Below are positions 8,539 through 16,396 of a stretch of 18,360 bases of DNA, one piece after another; position 1 is the first letter of the stretch, and each line of letters begins with the position of its first letter. The position numbers were made by a program, and so were the translations under genes. Below the pieces are notes generated by a model. The model did not search any database. It had not been told where the DNA came from and saw nothing but the letters and a program-made list of their open reading frames with translations. The stretch lies in NCBI GenBank assembly GCA_050486505.1, contig JBJHDK010000047.1:1-18360 (forward strand). The letters run 5' to 3'. This stretch comes from Fibrobacteria bacterium (GTDB lineage Bacteria; Fibrobacterota; Fibrobacteria; UBA11236).

Positions 8539-9225
8539 ATGTCGAACTACACCTACCTCCTCATCAACCTGCTTTCGATCTCGGTTCCGTTCGCGTACAG
8601 CTTCACCGCGCACTCAGGGTTCAGCAAGCAATTTCCCCGCGTCTTTGCCGCCATCTTCCTCGTCGGCGTTCCCATGGTCGCCTGGGACGTGTGGTTCACG
8701 GCAAACGGGGTCTGGTGGTTCAACGCCGACTACCACCTCGGTTTCCACATCTTCGGGCTGCCGCTCGAGGAAATCATGTTCTTCATCTGCATTCCTTTCG
8801 CCTGTCTCTTCATCTACGACTCCGTGAAAAAATTCCCGCGCATGGCGCTTCCCGAAACTCCCGTTCGCATCACCTGCGGCATCCTGGCCGGCGGCCTGCT
8901 CCTGGTCGCGGTGACGCACCTCGACCGGGCCTACACCGCGCTCTGTTTCACCCTTGCCGCCGTGTTTCTCATTGCCCTGGCCGCCGGCCGCCTTCGCCAT
9001 CGCGTGGGGCACATCGCCACCGCCTTTCTTTTGCACCTGATCCCGTTCTTCATCGTGAACGGCCTCCTGACCGGCATCCCGGTCGTGCTCTACAACGATG
9101 CCCAAAACCTCGGGATCCGAATGGGAACCATCCCCGTGGAAGACATGTTTTATTCGCTCATCCTGCTGGTCGGGGGTATTTTCGTCCTTGAAGCCGACGG
9201 CTCCGCGCGAAGGACCCGCGTATGA
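8539..9225 (+). CDS. crtY: Membrane-bound lycopene beta-cyclase, fused CrtYc/CrtYd type
   Basis: Multi-TM protein with two repeated cyclase motifs (WD...W.FN...LPLEEIMFF and NG.LT...YN...IPVEDMFY); starts 1 nt after the crtI stop. Confidence 0.88.
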   Translation: MSNYTYLLINLLSISVPFAYSFTAHSGFSKQFPRVFAAIFLVGVPMVAWDVWFTANGVWWFNADYHLGFHIFGLPLEEIMFFICIPFACLFIYDSVKKFPRMALPETPVRITCGILAGGLLLVAVTHLDRAYTALCFTLAAVFLIALAAGRLRHRVGHIATAFLLHLIPFFIVNGLLTGIPVVLYNDAQNLGIRMGTIPVEDMFYSLILLVGGIFVLEADGSARRTRV

Positions 9226-9701
9226 CCCCGGATTTCGGCATGGCCCATTTCTGGGTCTTCCTGGCTGTTTACCTCGGCATGGAGGGGGTCGCATGGGCGA
9301 GCCACAAATATGTCATGCACGGCTTCCTTTGGTCGCTCCATGCCTCGCACCATCAGCCCCGCACCGGCCCTGTCGAAAAAAATGACTGGTTCGGCGTGTT
9401 TTTCAGCGTCGTGGCAATTGCGCTCGTCATCGCCGGGGCGACCTGGAACAGCCTGTATTTCGCCGCTGGAATGGGCATGACCGCCTACGGTCTGACCTAC
9501 CTCTTTCTGCATGACATTCTTGTCCACAAGCGCTTCGGCATCCACATCAAGCCTAAAAGCGGCTATTTACGCGCAGTTTTGCGCTCGCACCGTCTGCATC
9601 ACGCCCACCGCGGGAAACACGGCTGTGTCTCCTTCGGCTTTCTCGTCCCCAAGCTGGGCTTGACGCGGAAGGAGCAAGTCGCGGCCCGGCAAGGCAAGTA
9701 A
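9222..9701 (+). CDS. crtZ: Beta-carotene 3-hydroxylase
   Basis: MEGVAWASHKYVMHG.LW.LH.SHH, EKND, HDILVHKR and HRLHH His-boxes; ATGA overlap with the cyclase stop. Confidence 0.95.
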   Translation: MTPDFGMAHFWVFLAVYLGMEGVAWASHKYVMHGFLWSLHASHHQPRTGPVEKNDWFGVFFSVVAIALVIAGATWNSLYFAAGMGMTAYGLTYLFLHDILVHKRFGIHIKPKSGYLRAVLRSHRLHHAHRGKHGCVSFGFLVPKLGLTRKEQVAARQGK

Positions 9702-9741
9702 AAGGGCAAAGGGTGGGGGACTCCCCGCAGCCAGCCCTTTG
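9702..9741 (+). terminator. Possible hairpin ending the crt transcript
   Basis: CAAAGGG (9707-9713) / CCCTTTG (9735-9741) with inner GGGGA/TCCCC complementarity; U-tract is weak. Confidence 0.35.
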
Positions 9742-9768
9742 AAGGGGTCAGGACGATGACCGAACTGA

Positions 9769-9797
9769 TTGCCCAAAGTCCAAGTATTTCCTATCAT
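9769..9797 (+). promoter_or_regulatory. Putative sigma70 promoter for rplS
   Basis: TTGCCC (9769-9774) - 17 nt - TATCAT (9792-9797). Confidence 0.6.
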
Positions 9798-9922
9798 TCG
9801 GCCCCTATTCACGGAAAATTCCGCGCAGGAACCCCCACAAATCACCTGTGAGGCAACGCGCGTGAAAACCGGCCGGAACCTGCCGGAAACAAGCATCGAA
9901 GCATCGAAAAAAGGAAGCCGTC

Positions 9923-10291
9923 ATGCATCCCAAAGTCGCCGAAGTCCACAACAGCGTCAAGCGCACCGACATTCCCGAATTCCGCGCGGGCGACAGCGTC
10001 AGCGTCGACTTCAAGGTGATCGAAGGAAACAAGGAACGCGTCCAGACTTTCGCCGGCGTCGTCATCCAGCGCCGCGGCGCTGGCGTCTCCGCCACCTTCA
10101 CCGTCCGCAAGATCTCCAACGGCGTCTCCGTGGAGCGCATTTTCCCGCTTGAGTCGCCCCGCCTCACTGCCGTCAAGGTCAATCGCCTCGGCAAGGTGCG
10201 CCGCGCTCGCATCTTCTACATGCGCGACTTGCAGGGCAAGGCCGCGCGCATCAAGGAACGCAAGGTCGACCGCACCAAGGCGGAGGCCTAA
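9923..10291 (+). CDS. rplS: 50S ribosomal protein L19
   Basis: [44 protein letters not shown] and [21 protein letters not shown]. Confidence 0.98.
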   Translation: MHPKVAEVHNSVKRTDIPEFRAGDSVSVDFKVIEGNKERVQTFAGVVIQRRGAGVSATFTVRKISNGVSVERIFPLESPRLTAVKVNRLGKVRRARIFYMRDLQGKAARIKERKVDRTKAEA

Positions 10292-10297
10292 GGCTTC

Positions 10298-10339
10298 AAG
10301 GGCGGCCCTGAAGAACCTTCGGGCCGCCCTTTCTCTTTC
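10298..10339 (+). terminator. Intrinsic terminator after rplS
   Basis: AAGGGCGGCCC(T)GAAG-aac-CTTCGGGCCGCCCTT followed by TCTCTTTC. Confidence 0.75.
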
Positions 10340-12313
10340 ATGTCGGAGTTGACGCGCCTCACGGGCGTCGGGCCCAAGCGCCAGAAAGCGCTGGAGGCCT
10401 CGGGGATCGCAACGCTGCGCGACCTCGTCACCCGCATCCCCCGTCGCTACATCGACCGCACCCGCATCACCCCGGTGTCGTCCCTCAAGGAAGGCGACGA
10501 CGCGTTTTTCACTGCGCGCGTCGATGCGGTCAAAACCCCTCCCAACCGCCTTCTCGTCACCGTCTCGGACGAGACCGGGTCGATGGAGTTGGCGTTCTTC
10601 CACGCGTATCCGCACCTGCGCCAGCAATTGTCCATCGGCGCGCGCATCTCGGTGGCCGGCAACGTGACCCGCTTCCGCGGTCTTCAGATCACGCACCCGG
10701 AATGGTCCCCGCTCCAAGAGGGAGAGGCCCCCAAGGGAGGCTTGCTTCCTGTCTATCCCCTGACGGAATCGCTCGAGGAGGCGCGTGCCGAGCACAAGCT
10801 GTTGCAGAAGCTGGCGCTGGAGGCCCTCGAAAAGTTTTCCTTCACGGACGCCCTGTCCCACGAAGAGCGCGCCTTCCTGAACCTCCGGCCCGAGCTTGAG
10901 GTGCTCCGCCTCCTGCATGATCCTCCCTCGCTCGAAGCCGTCGCGGCCGCGCGCGCCGAGTTGAAGGTGCGGGAGCTCTGGCCCTTGTGCCTGCAACGCG
11001 CCCGGGCCAAGTCGGAACGGGCGAAGAAGGGGCGGGCCTTTCCCGACACGGAGGCAGGCAGGGGGGCGGAAACCGCCGCGCGCGCGGCACTGCCCTTTGC
11101 CCTCACGCAGGGACAAGAGGAGGTGCTTGCAAATCTCCGGAGAAGCCTTGGAGGACCTGGGCAGTTCTTCGGGTTGTTGCACGGCGACGTGGGGTCGGGC
11201 AAGACCGCCGTCGCCATGCTGTCGACACTGCGCGTGCTCGCCGCCGGGGCGCAGGTCGCCTTGCTGGCACCCACCGAAATCCTCGCCGCGCAGCACTTCC
11301 GCACGTTGGAAGCGCCGCTGCGGGCCGCGGGGCACGAGCCCGCGCTGCTCACGGGAGATACCCCGCCCGAGGAACGCCGGAGCATCCTGGATGGCCTGCG
11401 CGACGGCTCCCGCGGCCTTGTGGTCGGCACGCACGCCTTGCTCTCCGACGAGGTGACCTTTCGGGCGCTGCAGTACGTGCTGGTGGACGAACAACATCGT
11501 TTCGGCGTGGAGCAGCGCGCCCGGCTGGCCGCGAAGGGGAAAGATCCGCACGTGCTTTACCTCTCCGCCACACCCATTCCGCGCACGCTCGCGCAATCCC
11601 TGTACGGCGACCTCGACGTGCTGACCCTGACGGAGAAACCCGCGGGCAGGCTGCCGGTGAAAACCCGGATCGTGCCCGCGGTGAAAACGGGGGAGATGCT
11701 GGAGTTCCTTCTGGCGGAGACGCGGCGGGGCGACAACCAGGTCTACTGGGTCGTCCCGAGAATCGACGCGGAAGGGCACGAGCAAGATGCCGCGCCGGCC
11801 ATCGATTCATCGCTGCGCCGCCTGCGCGCCGCCGGGGACTGGCGCGTCGAAGCGGTGCACGGCCGTGTTCCCGCGCCCGAGCGCGACCGGATCCTTGCGG
11901 AGTTCCGACGCGGAGAGATCCATGCCCTGGTCGCGACCACGGTGATCGAGGTGGGTGTCGACGTACCGGGAGCGAACCTCATGGTCGTGGAGGGCGCGGA
12001 GCGTTTTGGCATGGCACAGCTGCACCAGTTGCGCGGGCGCACGGGGCGCGGGTCGGCGCAAGCCTGGTGCTTCCTGCTGGAACCCCCCGCAATCGGGTGG
12101 CCGGAGGAAACCGAAATCCGCATGCGCGAGTTCGCCTCGACCGAAGACGGGTTCCGGATCGCGGAAATGGATTTGAGGCGGCGGGGAGCGGGTAGCCTGG
12201 ACGGCAGCCTGCAAAGCGGCTTCGGGGCCCTGCGCCATGCCGATCCGCTCGAAGACGCGGACTTGATCCTGGAACTCGGAGGGCGTGCCGCGGAGTGGAT
12301 CGCGCGGACCTGA
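10340..12313 (+). CDS. recG: ATP-dependent DNA helicase RecG
   Basis: LTGVGPKR N-terminus, wedge/OB region, GDVGSGKT, DEQHRFGV, SATPIPRTL, QLHQLRGRTGRG and TRG motif DGFRIAEMDLRRRG. Confidence 0.96.
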   Translation: MSELTRLTGVGPKRQKALEASGIATLRDLVTRIPRRYIDRTRITPVSSLKEGDDAFFTARVDAVKTPPNRLLVTVSDETGSMELAFFHAYPHLRQQLSIGARISVAGNVTRFRGLQITHPEWSPLQEGEAPKGGLLPVYPLTESLEEARAEHKLLQKLALEALEKFSFTDALSHEERAFLNLRPELEVLRLLHDPPSLEAVAAARAELKVRELWPLCLQRARAKSERAKKGRAFPDTEAGRGAETAARAALPFALTQGQEEVLANLRRSLGGPGQFFGLLHGDVGSGKTAVAMLSTLRVLAAGAQVALLAPTEILAAQHFRTLEAPLRAAGHEPALLTGDTPPEERRSILDGLRDGSRGLVVGTHALLSDEVTFRALQYVLVDEQHRFGVEQRARLAAKGKDPHVLYLSATPIPRTLAQSLYGDLDVLTLTEKPAGRLPVKTRIVPAVKTGEMLEFLLAETRRGDNQVYWVVPRIDAEGHEQDAAPAIDSSLRRLRAAGDWRVEAVHGRVPAPERDRILAEFRRGEIHALVATTVIEVGVDVPGANLMVVEGAERFGMAQLHQLRGRTGRGSAQAWCFLLEPPAIGWPEETEIRMREFASTEDGFRIAEMDLRRRGAGSLDGSLQSGFGALRHADPLEDADLILELGGRAAEWIART

Positions 12314-12335
12314 GGCGATTCCGCCCGCCGGGACT

Positions 12336-12977
12336 TTAGTTACCCGACTGCAGGCGCTTGAGCGCGTCGCGAAGGCGCGCTGCATCCTCGTAGCGTTCTT
12401 CGCGCACGGCCTTGTCGAGGTCGAGCCGGAGTTTTTCCGCGTGGGTCTGCGGTTTCTCCGGGGCGGCCCCGGCGTCAGCGTCGCCGGGGGAGGGAACCCC
12501 CGCCTCTTTCCGTTCTTCTTCCCGCTCCTTCTCTTCTTTGCTGACCACCGCGACGGAGGCCTCGTCGAAGACCTTGCGGTGCATGAAGATGGGCGCCTGG
12601 AAACGCATGCCGAGCGCGATGGCGTCCGAGGGACGGGAGTCGAACTCCATTTCCTCGATGCCGGAACGGGTCATGTACACCTTGCCGAAGAAAGTTCCGT
12701 CCTTGATGTCGGTGATTTCCACGCGAGTGACGCTGCAATCCAAGGACTCGAGCATGCTCTTGAGCAGGTCGTGCGTCATGGGGCGGGGAGGGGGTTCCTC
12801 ACCGAGTGCCAGTGCGATGGACTGGGCCTCGTTGGTGCCGATGAAAATCGGCAGGACACGCGCCTCGTCGTCTCCCTTGAGGAAGAGAATGAAGCCGACG
12901 TTGGTCACCGAGATACTGTCGAGCCGCGCCTCGATGAAGTCGGGGAAGTCGGGAGGGATGGCTGCGGGGTCGGACAT
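12336..12977 (-). CDS. Bifunctional nuclease family protein (DUF151) with C-terminal UVR (UvrB/C) domain
   Basis: RVLPIFIGTNEAQSIA, RPMTHDL and DSRPSDAIALG motifs; C-terminal LDKAVREERYEDAARLRD UVR motif. Confidence 0.92.
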   Translation of the reverse strand: MSDPAAIPPDFPDFIEARLDSISVTNVGFILFLKGDDEARVLPIFIGTNEAQSIALALGEEPPPRPMTHDLLKSMLESLDCSVTRVEITDIKDGTFFGKVYMTRSGIEEMEFDSRPSDAIALGMRFQAPIFMHRKVFDEASVAVVSKEEKEREEERKEAGVPSPGDADAGAAPEKPQTHAEKLRLDLDKAVREERYEDAARLRDALKRLQSGN

Positions 12978-13020
12978 GGGGGGACAGGTAAGGGGTAGGG
13001 GGTAAGAGGTGGGGGGGGTA
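12978..13020 (+). repeat. G-rich 7-bp-period tandem repeat (xxGGGTA-like)
   Basis: acaggta-aggggta-gggggta-agaggtg-ggggggta; four G-tracts of 4-8 nt. Confidence 0.6.
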
Positions 13021-13073
13021 AACTACACCCTCTGTCTGGCAGGGTAGCAAGAACAAGGAGCGGGGAACAAGGT

Positions 13074-13100
13074 GGAGGGCAGGCTTTTTTCCCGCCCTCC
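13074..13100 (-). terminator. Hairpin just downstream of ychF
   Basis: GGAGGGC...GCCCTCC stem immediately after the ychF stop; U-tract is weak. Confidence 0.35.
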
Positions 13101-13105
13101 CCGGC

Positions 13106-14212
13106 TTACACGTTGAACAAGAAGTGCATGATGTCGGCGTCGTGCACCACGTACTCTTTGCCTTCGGTCCGGACGAGCCCCTTTTCCTTGGCGGCCTGCC
13201 AGCTTCCGCACTTGAGGAAATCCTCGTAACTCAAGGTCTCGGCGCGGATAAACCCCTTCTCGAAGTCGCTGTGGATGACCCCGGCGGCTTGGGGCGCCTT
13301 CCACCCTTTGTGGATGGTCCAGGCGCGGGTTTCCTGCTCGCCCGCGGTGAAATAGGTCTGCAGGCCGAGCATGGAGAAGCCCTTGCGGATCACGCGGTCG
13401 AGGCCGCTTTCCGTAAGTCCCAGTTCCTTGAGAAAGTCGGCCTTTTCCGACGCGTCGAGCTCCGCGATCTCGCTTTCGATCTTGCCGCTGATCGCCACCA
13501 CGTCGCAGCCCTGTTCCTTTGCGAAGGCCTCGACGGCCTTGAGGTGTTCGTTACCCGTGGTGATCTCGTCCTCGCGCATGTTGGCGCAGTAGAACATCGG
13601 CTTCAGCGTCAAAAGGCCCAGGTCGCGCACGAGTTCGATTTCCTCTTCCGACAGACCCGCGAGGCGCGCGGGCCTGCCGTCGTCGAGCAACACCTTGATC
13701 CGCTCGAGGATGCCAACGCGCACCTTGGCTTCCTTGGCATCGGGGGCGGTGGCCTGACCGGCGAGCTTTTTGTCCTTCGTGAGTTTCTTGTCCACCGTGT
13801 CGAGGTCGCGCAACGCCAACTCGAGGTTCACAACGTCGGCATCCCGGACGGGATCCACGCTGCCCTCGACGTGGGTGACGTCGATGTCCTCGAAGCAACG
13901 CACCACGTGCATCACGGCATCGGTCTCACGGATATGCGACAGGAACTGGTTGCCAAGGCCTTCGCCTTGCGAGGCGCCCTTCACCAGGCCAGCGATGTCG
14001 ACGAACTGCATCACAGCAGGGACTTCGCGCTTCGGCTTGTACACCTCGGTGAGGCGCGCGAGGCGCGGGTCGGGAATGTTGACCATGCCGACGTTGGGAT
14101 CCTTGGTACAGAACGGGAAGTTGGCGGCCTCGGCCCCGGCGCTGGTCAGCGCGTTGAAGATGGTCGATTTGCCCACGTTGGGGAGGCCGACGATGCCGCA
14201 TTTGAAGCCCAT
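13106..14212 (-). CDS. ychF: Redox-regulated ribosome-binding ATPase YchF (Obg family)
   Basis: [44 protein letters not shown] and TGS domain ([20 protein letters not shown]). Start at 14212 rather than 14362. Confidence 0.98.
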   Translation of the reverse strand: MGFKCGIVGLPNVGKSTIFNALTSAGAEAANFPFCTKDPNVGMVNIPDPRLARLTEVYKPKREVPAVMQFVDIAGLVKGASQGEGLGNQFLSHIRETDAVMHVVRCFEDIDVTHVEGSVDPVRDADVVNLELALRDLDTVDKKLTKDKKLAGQATAPDAKEAKVRVGILERIKVLLDDGRPARLAGLSEEEIELVRDLGLLTLKPMFYCANMREDEITTGNEHLKAVEAFAKEQGCDVVAISGKIESEIAELDASEKADFLKELGLTESGLDRVIRKGFSMLGLQTYFTAGEQETRAWTIHKGWKAPQAAGVIHSDFEKGFIRAETLSYEDFLKCGSWQAAKEKGLVRTEGKEYVVHDADIMHFLFNV

Positions 14213-14349
14213 GAAAAACCCTTTTCTCGAAAGCGGAAAGGGGGCAAAGATAGAAAGGGGGGCGGGCTCCGGGGTCGCCGAGGGATTGGGGAACCTGCGA
14301 AAAAACATAGACTTGCCCTGTTTGCTTGATCCGGAGGTTTCCCGTGCCC

Positions 14350-15813
14350 ATGCTTCGTCCACAGTTCCGTCCCCGCCGGGTTCCCGCGGCCTTCACCGTC
14401 TCCGTCGTTTCCATAATCCTCCTGTCTGCCTGCGCGGGATCGGGGCCGCGGGATCCTGACGCCGCGGGTACGAGCACTTCCGAAGAGCGCCGCGTCGCCG
14501 CCCGGTTCGAGGCCCTGCGCGGCTTGCCGCAGGAGCAGTGGGCCTTTCTCAAGGCCATGCCCAAGGGCGGCGACCTGCATTCCCATCTTTCCGGCGCGGT
14601 GTATGCCGAGTCGTTCATCGATTGGGCCGTGGAGGCCGGCCTGTGCGTCGACACGACGCTGACGGCCGTCGCGCCGCCGTGCGATTCCGCCAAGGCCTTG
14701 CGTGCCGTCAAGGATGCCCATAAAGACGAAGGGCTGCGCCGCGACATCATCGACGCATGGTCCACGCGCAACCTCGCCGTGTCGGGGCACACGGGACACC
14801 AGCAGTTCTTCGACACCTTCGGGAAGTTCTCCCTCGCCGGGCGCGGCAACCGTGGCCGCATGCTCGCCGAGGTGGTGGAACGGGCCGCCTCGGGCGGCGT
14901 GCTCTACGTGGAGTTGATGGAGACCCTCGACGATGCCCGCTCCATCGGCATCGGGGCAAAGGCCGGCTGGGACGGCGACCTGGATTCCACCTACGCGCGA
15001 CTCCTGCGCGCCGGCATCGACGATGCGGTTCAAGTCGGGCGCATGAACCGGGCGCGCACCGAAGCGGTCAAGGACAGCCTGCTCGGATGCGGCACGGAGC
15101 AGGCCGGCCCGGGTTGCGGTGTCACCGTCCGCTGGCTGTACCAGGTGCTCCGCGAGAACGAACCGGCGCAGGTGTTCGCGCAAATTCTCACCGGATTTTT
15201 ACTGGCCGAAGAGGATGCCCGCGTGGTCGGCTTCAATCTTGTGCAGCCCGAGGACGGACATCTCGCGATGCGCGACTACCTGCTGCACATGAGCTTCATC
15301 GATTACCTCAGACCGCGTTATGCTGCGGCGCGCATCGCCCTCCACGCGGGCGAGCTGGCACCGGGACTGGTTCCACCCGAGGGCCTGACCTTCCACATCC
15401 GCGAGGCGATCGAGCGCGCGGGCGCGGAGCGTATCGGCCATGGTGTGGCGGTGATGCAGGAAGACGACCCGTACGGCCTACTGCGGATCATGCGGGAACG
15501 CGACGTGCTCGTCGAAATTTGCCTGACCAGCAACGCGACCATCCTGGGGATCAGCGGCACGGAACACCCGCTCCGCGTGTACCGGGAGCACGGCGTTCCC
15601 GTCGCCCTCGCCACCGATGACGAAGGCGTCTCACGCTCGGAGATGACGGCGGAGTACTTGCGAGCGGCGCGCGATCAGGGGCTGGGCTACCTCGAACTGA
15701 AGGAGATGGCGCGCAACAGCCTGCGGTACGCCTTCGTGGAGGAACCCGAACGGGCGCGGCTGATGGAGGAGTTGGAGCGCAGGTTCAGGGAGTTCGAAAC
15801 GGGCGTACGGTAA
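14350..15813 (+). CDS. Adenosine deaminase family amidohydrolase, predicted lipoprotein
   Basis: [13 protein letters not shown] (HxH), HAGE, RIGHG, EICLTSN and TDD metal/catalytic motifs; basic N-region, hydrophobic stretch and LSAC lipobox. Confidence 0.88.
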   Translation: MLRPQFRPRRVPAAFTVSVVSIILLSACAGSGPRDPDAAGTSTSEERRVAARFEALRGLPQEQWAFLKAMPKGGDLHSHLSGAVYAESFIDWAVEAGLCVDTTLTAVAPPCDSAKALRAVKDAHKDEGLRRDIIDAWSTRNLAVSGHTGHQQFFDTFGKFSLAGRGNRGRMLAEVVERAASGGVLYVELMETLDDARSIGIGAKAGWDGDLDSTYARLLRAGIDDAVQVGRMNRARTEAVKDSLLGCGTEQAGPGCGVTVRWLYQVLRENEPAQVFAQILTGFLLAEEDARVVGFNLVQPEDGHLAMRDYLLHMSFIDYLRPRYAAARIALHAGELAPGLVPPEGLTFHIREAIERAGAERIGHGVAVMQEDDPYGLLRIMRERDVLVEICLTSNATILGISGTEHPLRVYREHGVPVALATDDEGVSRSEMTAEYLRAARDQGLGYLELKEMARNSLRYAFVEEPERARLMEELERRFREFETGVR

Positions 15814-15848
15814 GGGCGAGCCGCGGCTCGCCCTTACGTGTACGCCCG
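15800..15848. terminator. Palindrome between convergent genes (probable bidirectional terminator/stabilising hairpin)
   Basis: Perfect 28-bp palindrome GTAAGGGCGAGCCGCGGCTCGCCCTTAC (15810-15837), extended by CGGGCGTAC / GTACGCCCG. Confidence 0.65.
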
Positions 15849-16385
15849 CAGCATGAAGAAAATCGTCACGCCCGTGATCGAAACATAGAGCCAGATGGGG
15901 TAGGTCCAGCGCGCGAGTTTCACGTGGCGCGTGAACTGGCGCGAGAGCGCGAACCAGAACGTCGCGAGGATCATCGGCAGGGCGATCGCCGACAATACGA
16001 TGTGCGAAATCAGGATCGAGAAATAGACCGGGCGCACCCAGCCGGTACCGGGGAACTTCGTCTCGCCGTGCAGGCTGTGATACACGATGTATCCGATCAG
16101 GAACAACGTCGAGGTCGCGAAGGCCCCGAGCATGCGACGGCGGTGCGCTTCCTGGTTCCCGCGCCAGATGGCGCGCAGCCCAAGCACGATCAGGATCGTG
16201 GTTACGGCGTTGCAGGCCGCGTTCAGCGCCGGCAGAAAAGCCACGCTGCCGGCATACGCGCCCGACCCGTCGCGTCCATAGATCAGGTAAAAGAGAAATC
16301 CCAATGCGCCCGCCGAAACCAGCGCGATCACGATTTCCGGCCAACGCGAGCGGGCGGGCCCTTCGGTTTTCGTTTCCTGGGTCAT
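15834..16385 (-). CDS. DUF420 family membrane protein
   Basis: LPALNAACN, HRRRM, LFLIGYIVYH, YFSILISHIVLS and LARWTYPIWLYVSITGV motifs; GAAAGGA SD before the ATG at 16385. Confidence 0.9.
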   Translation of the reverse strand: MTQETKTEGPARSRWPEIVIALVSAGALGFLFYLIYGRDGSGAYAGSVAFLPALNAACNAVTTILIVLGLRAIWRGNQEAHRRRMLGAFATSTLFLIGYIVYHSLHGETKFPGTGWVRPVYFSILISHIVLSAIALPMILATFWFALSRQFTRHVKLARWTYPIWLYVSITGVTIFFMLRAYT

Positions 16386-16396
16386 GTCGTTTCCTT

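Noticed and set aside
7017..8540. 507-aa minus-strand ORF (and 4965-6308 minus)
   Set aside because: Antisense shadows of crtI and crtB
4189..9922. Integrase, transposase or att-type direct repeats bounding the crt cassette
   Set aside because: No mobility gene, and no convincing flanking direct repeat seen by eye, so it is not called a mobile element
9842..11785. 647-aa minus-strand ORF and 10987-12195 plus alternative frame
   Set aside because: They overlap rplS and recG; Arg/Gly/Pro-rich GC artefacts
13124..14329. 401-aa plus-strand ORF
   Set aside because: Antisense shadow of ychF
14362..14400. Tat signal (RR) in the deaminase leader
   Set aside because: PRRVP lacks the S/T-R-R-x-F-L consensus; a Sec/SPII lipoprotein is the simpler reading
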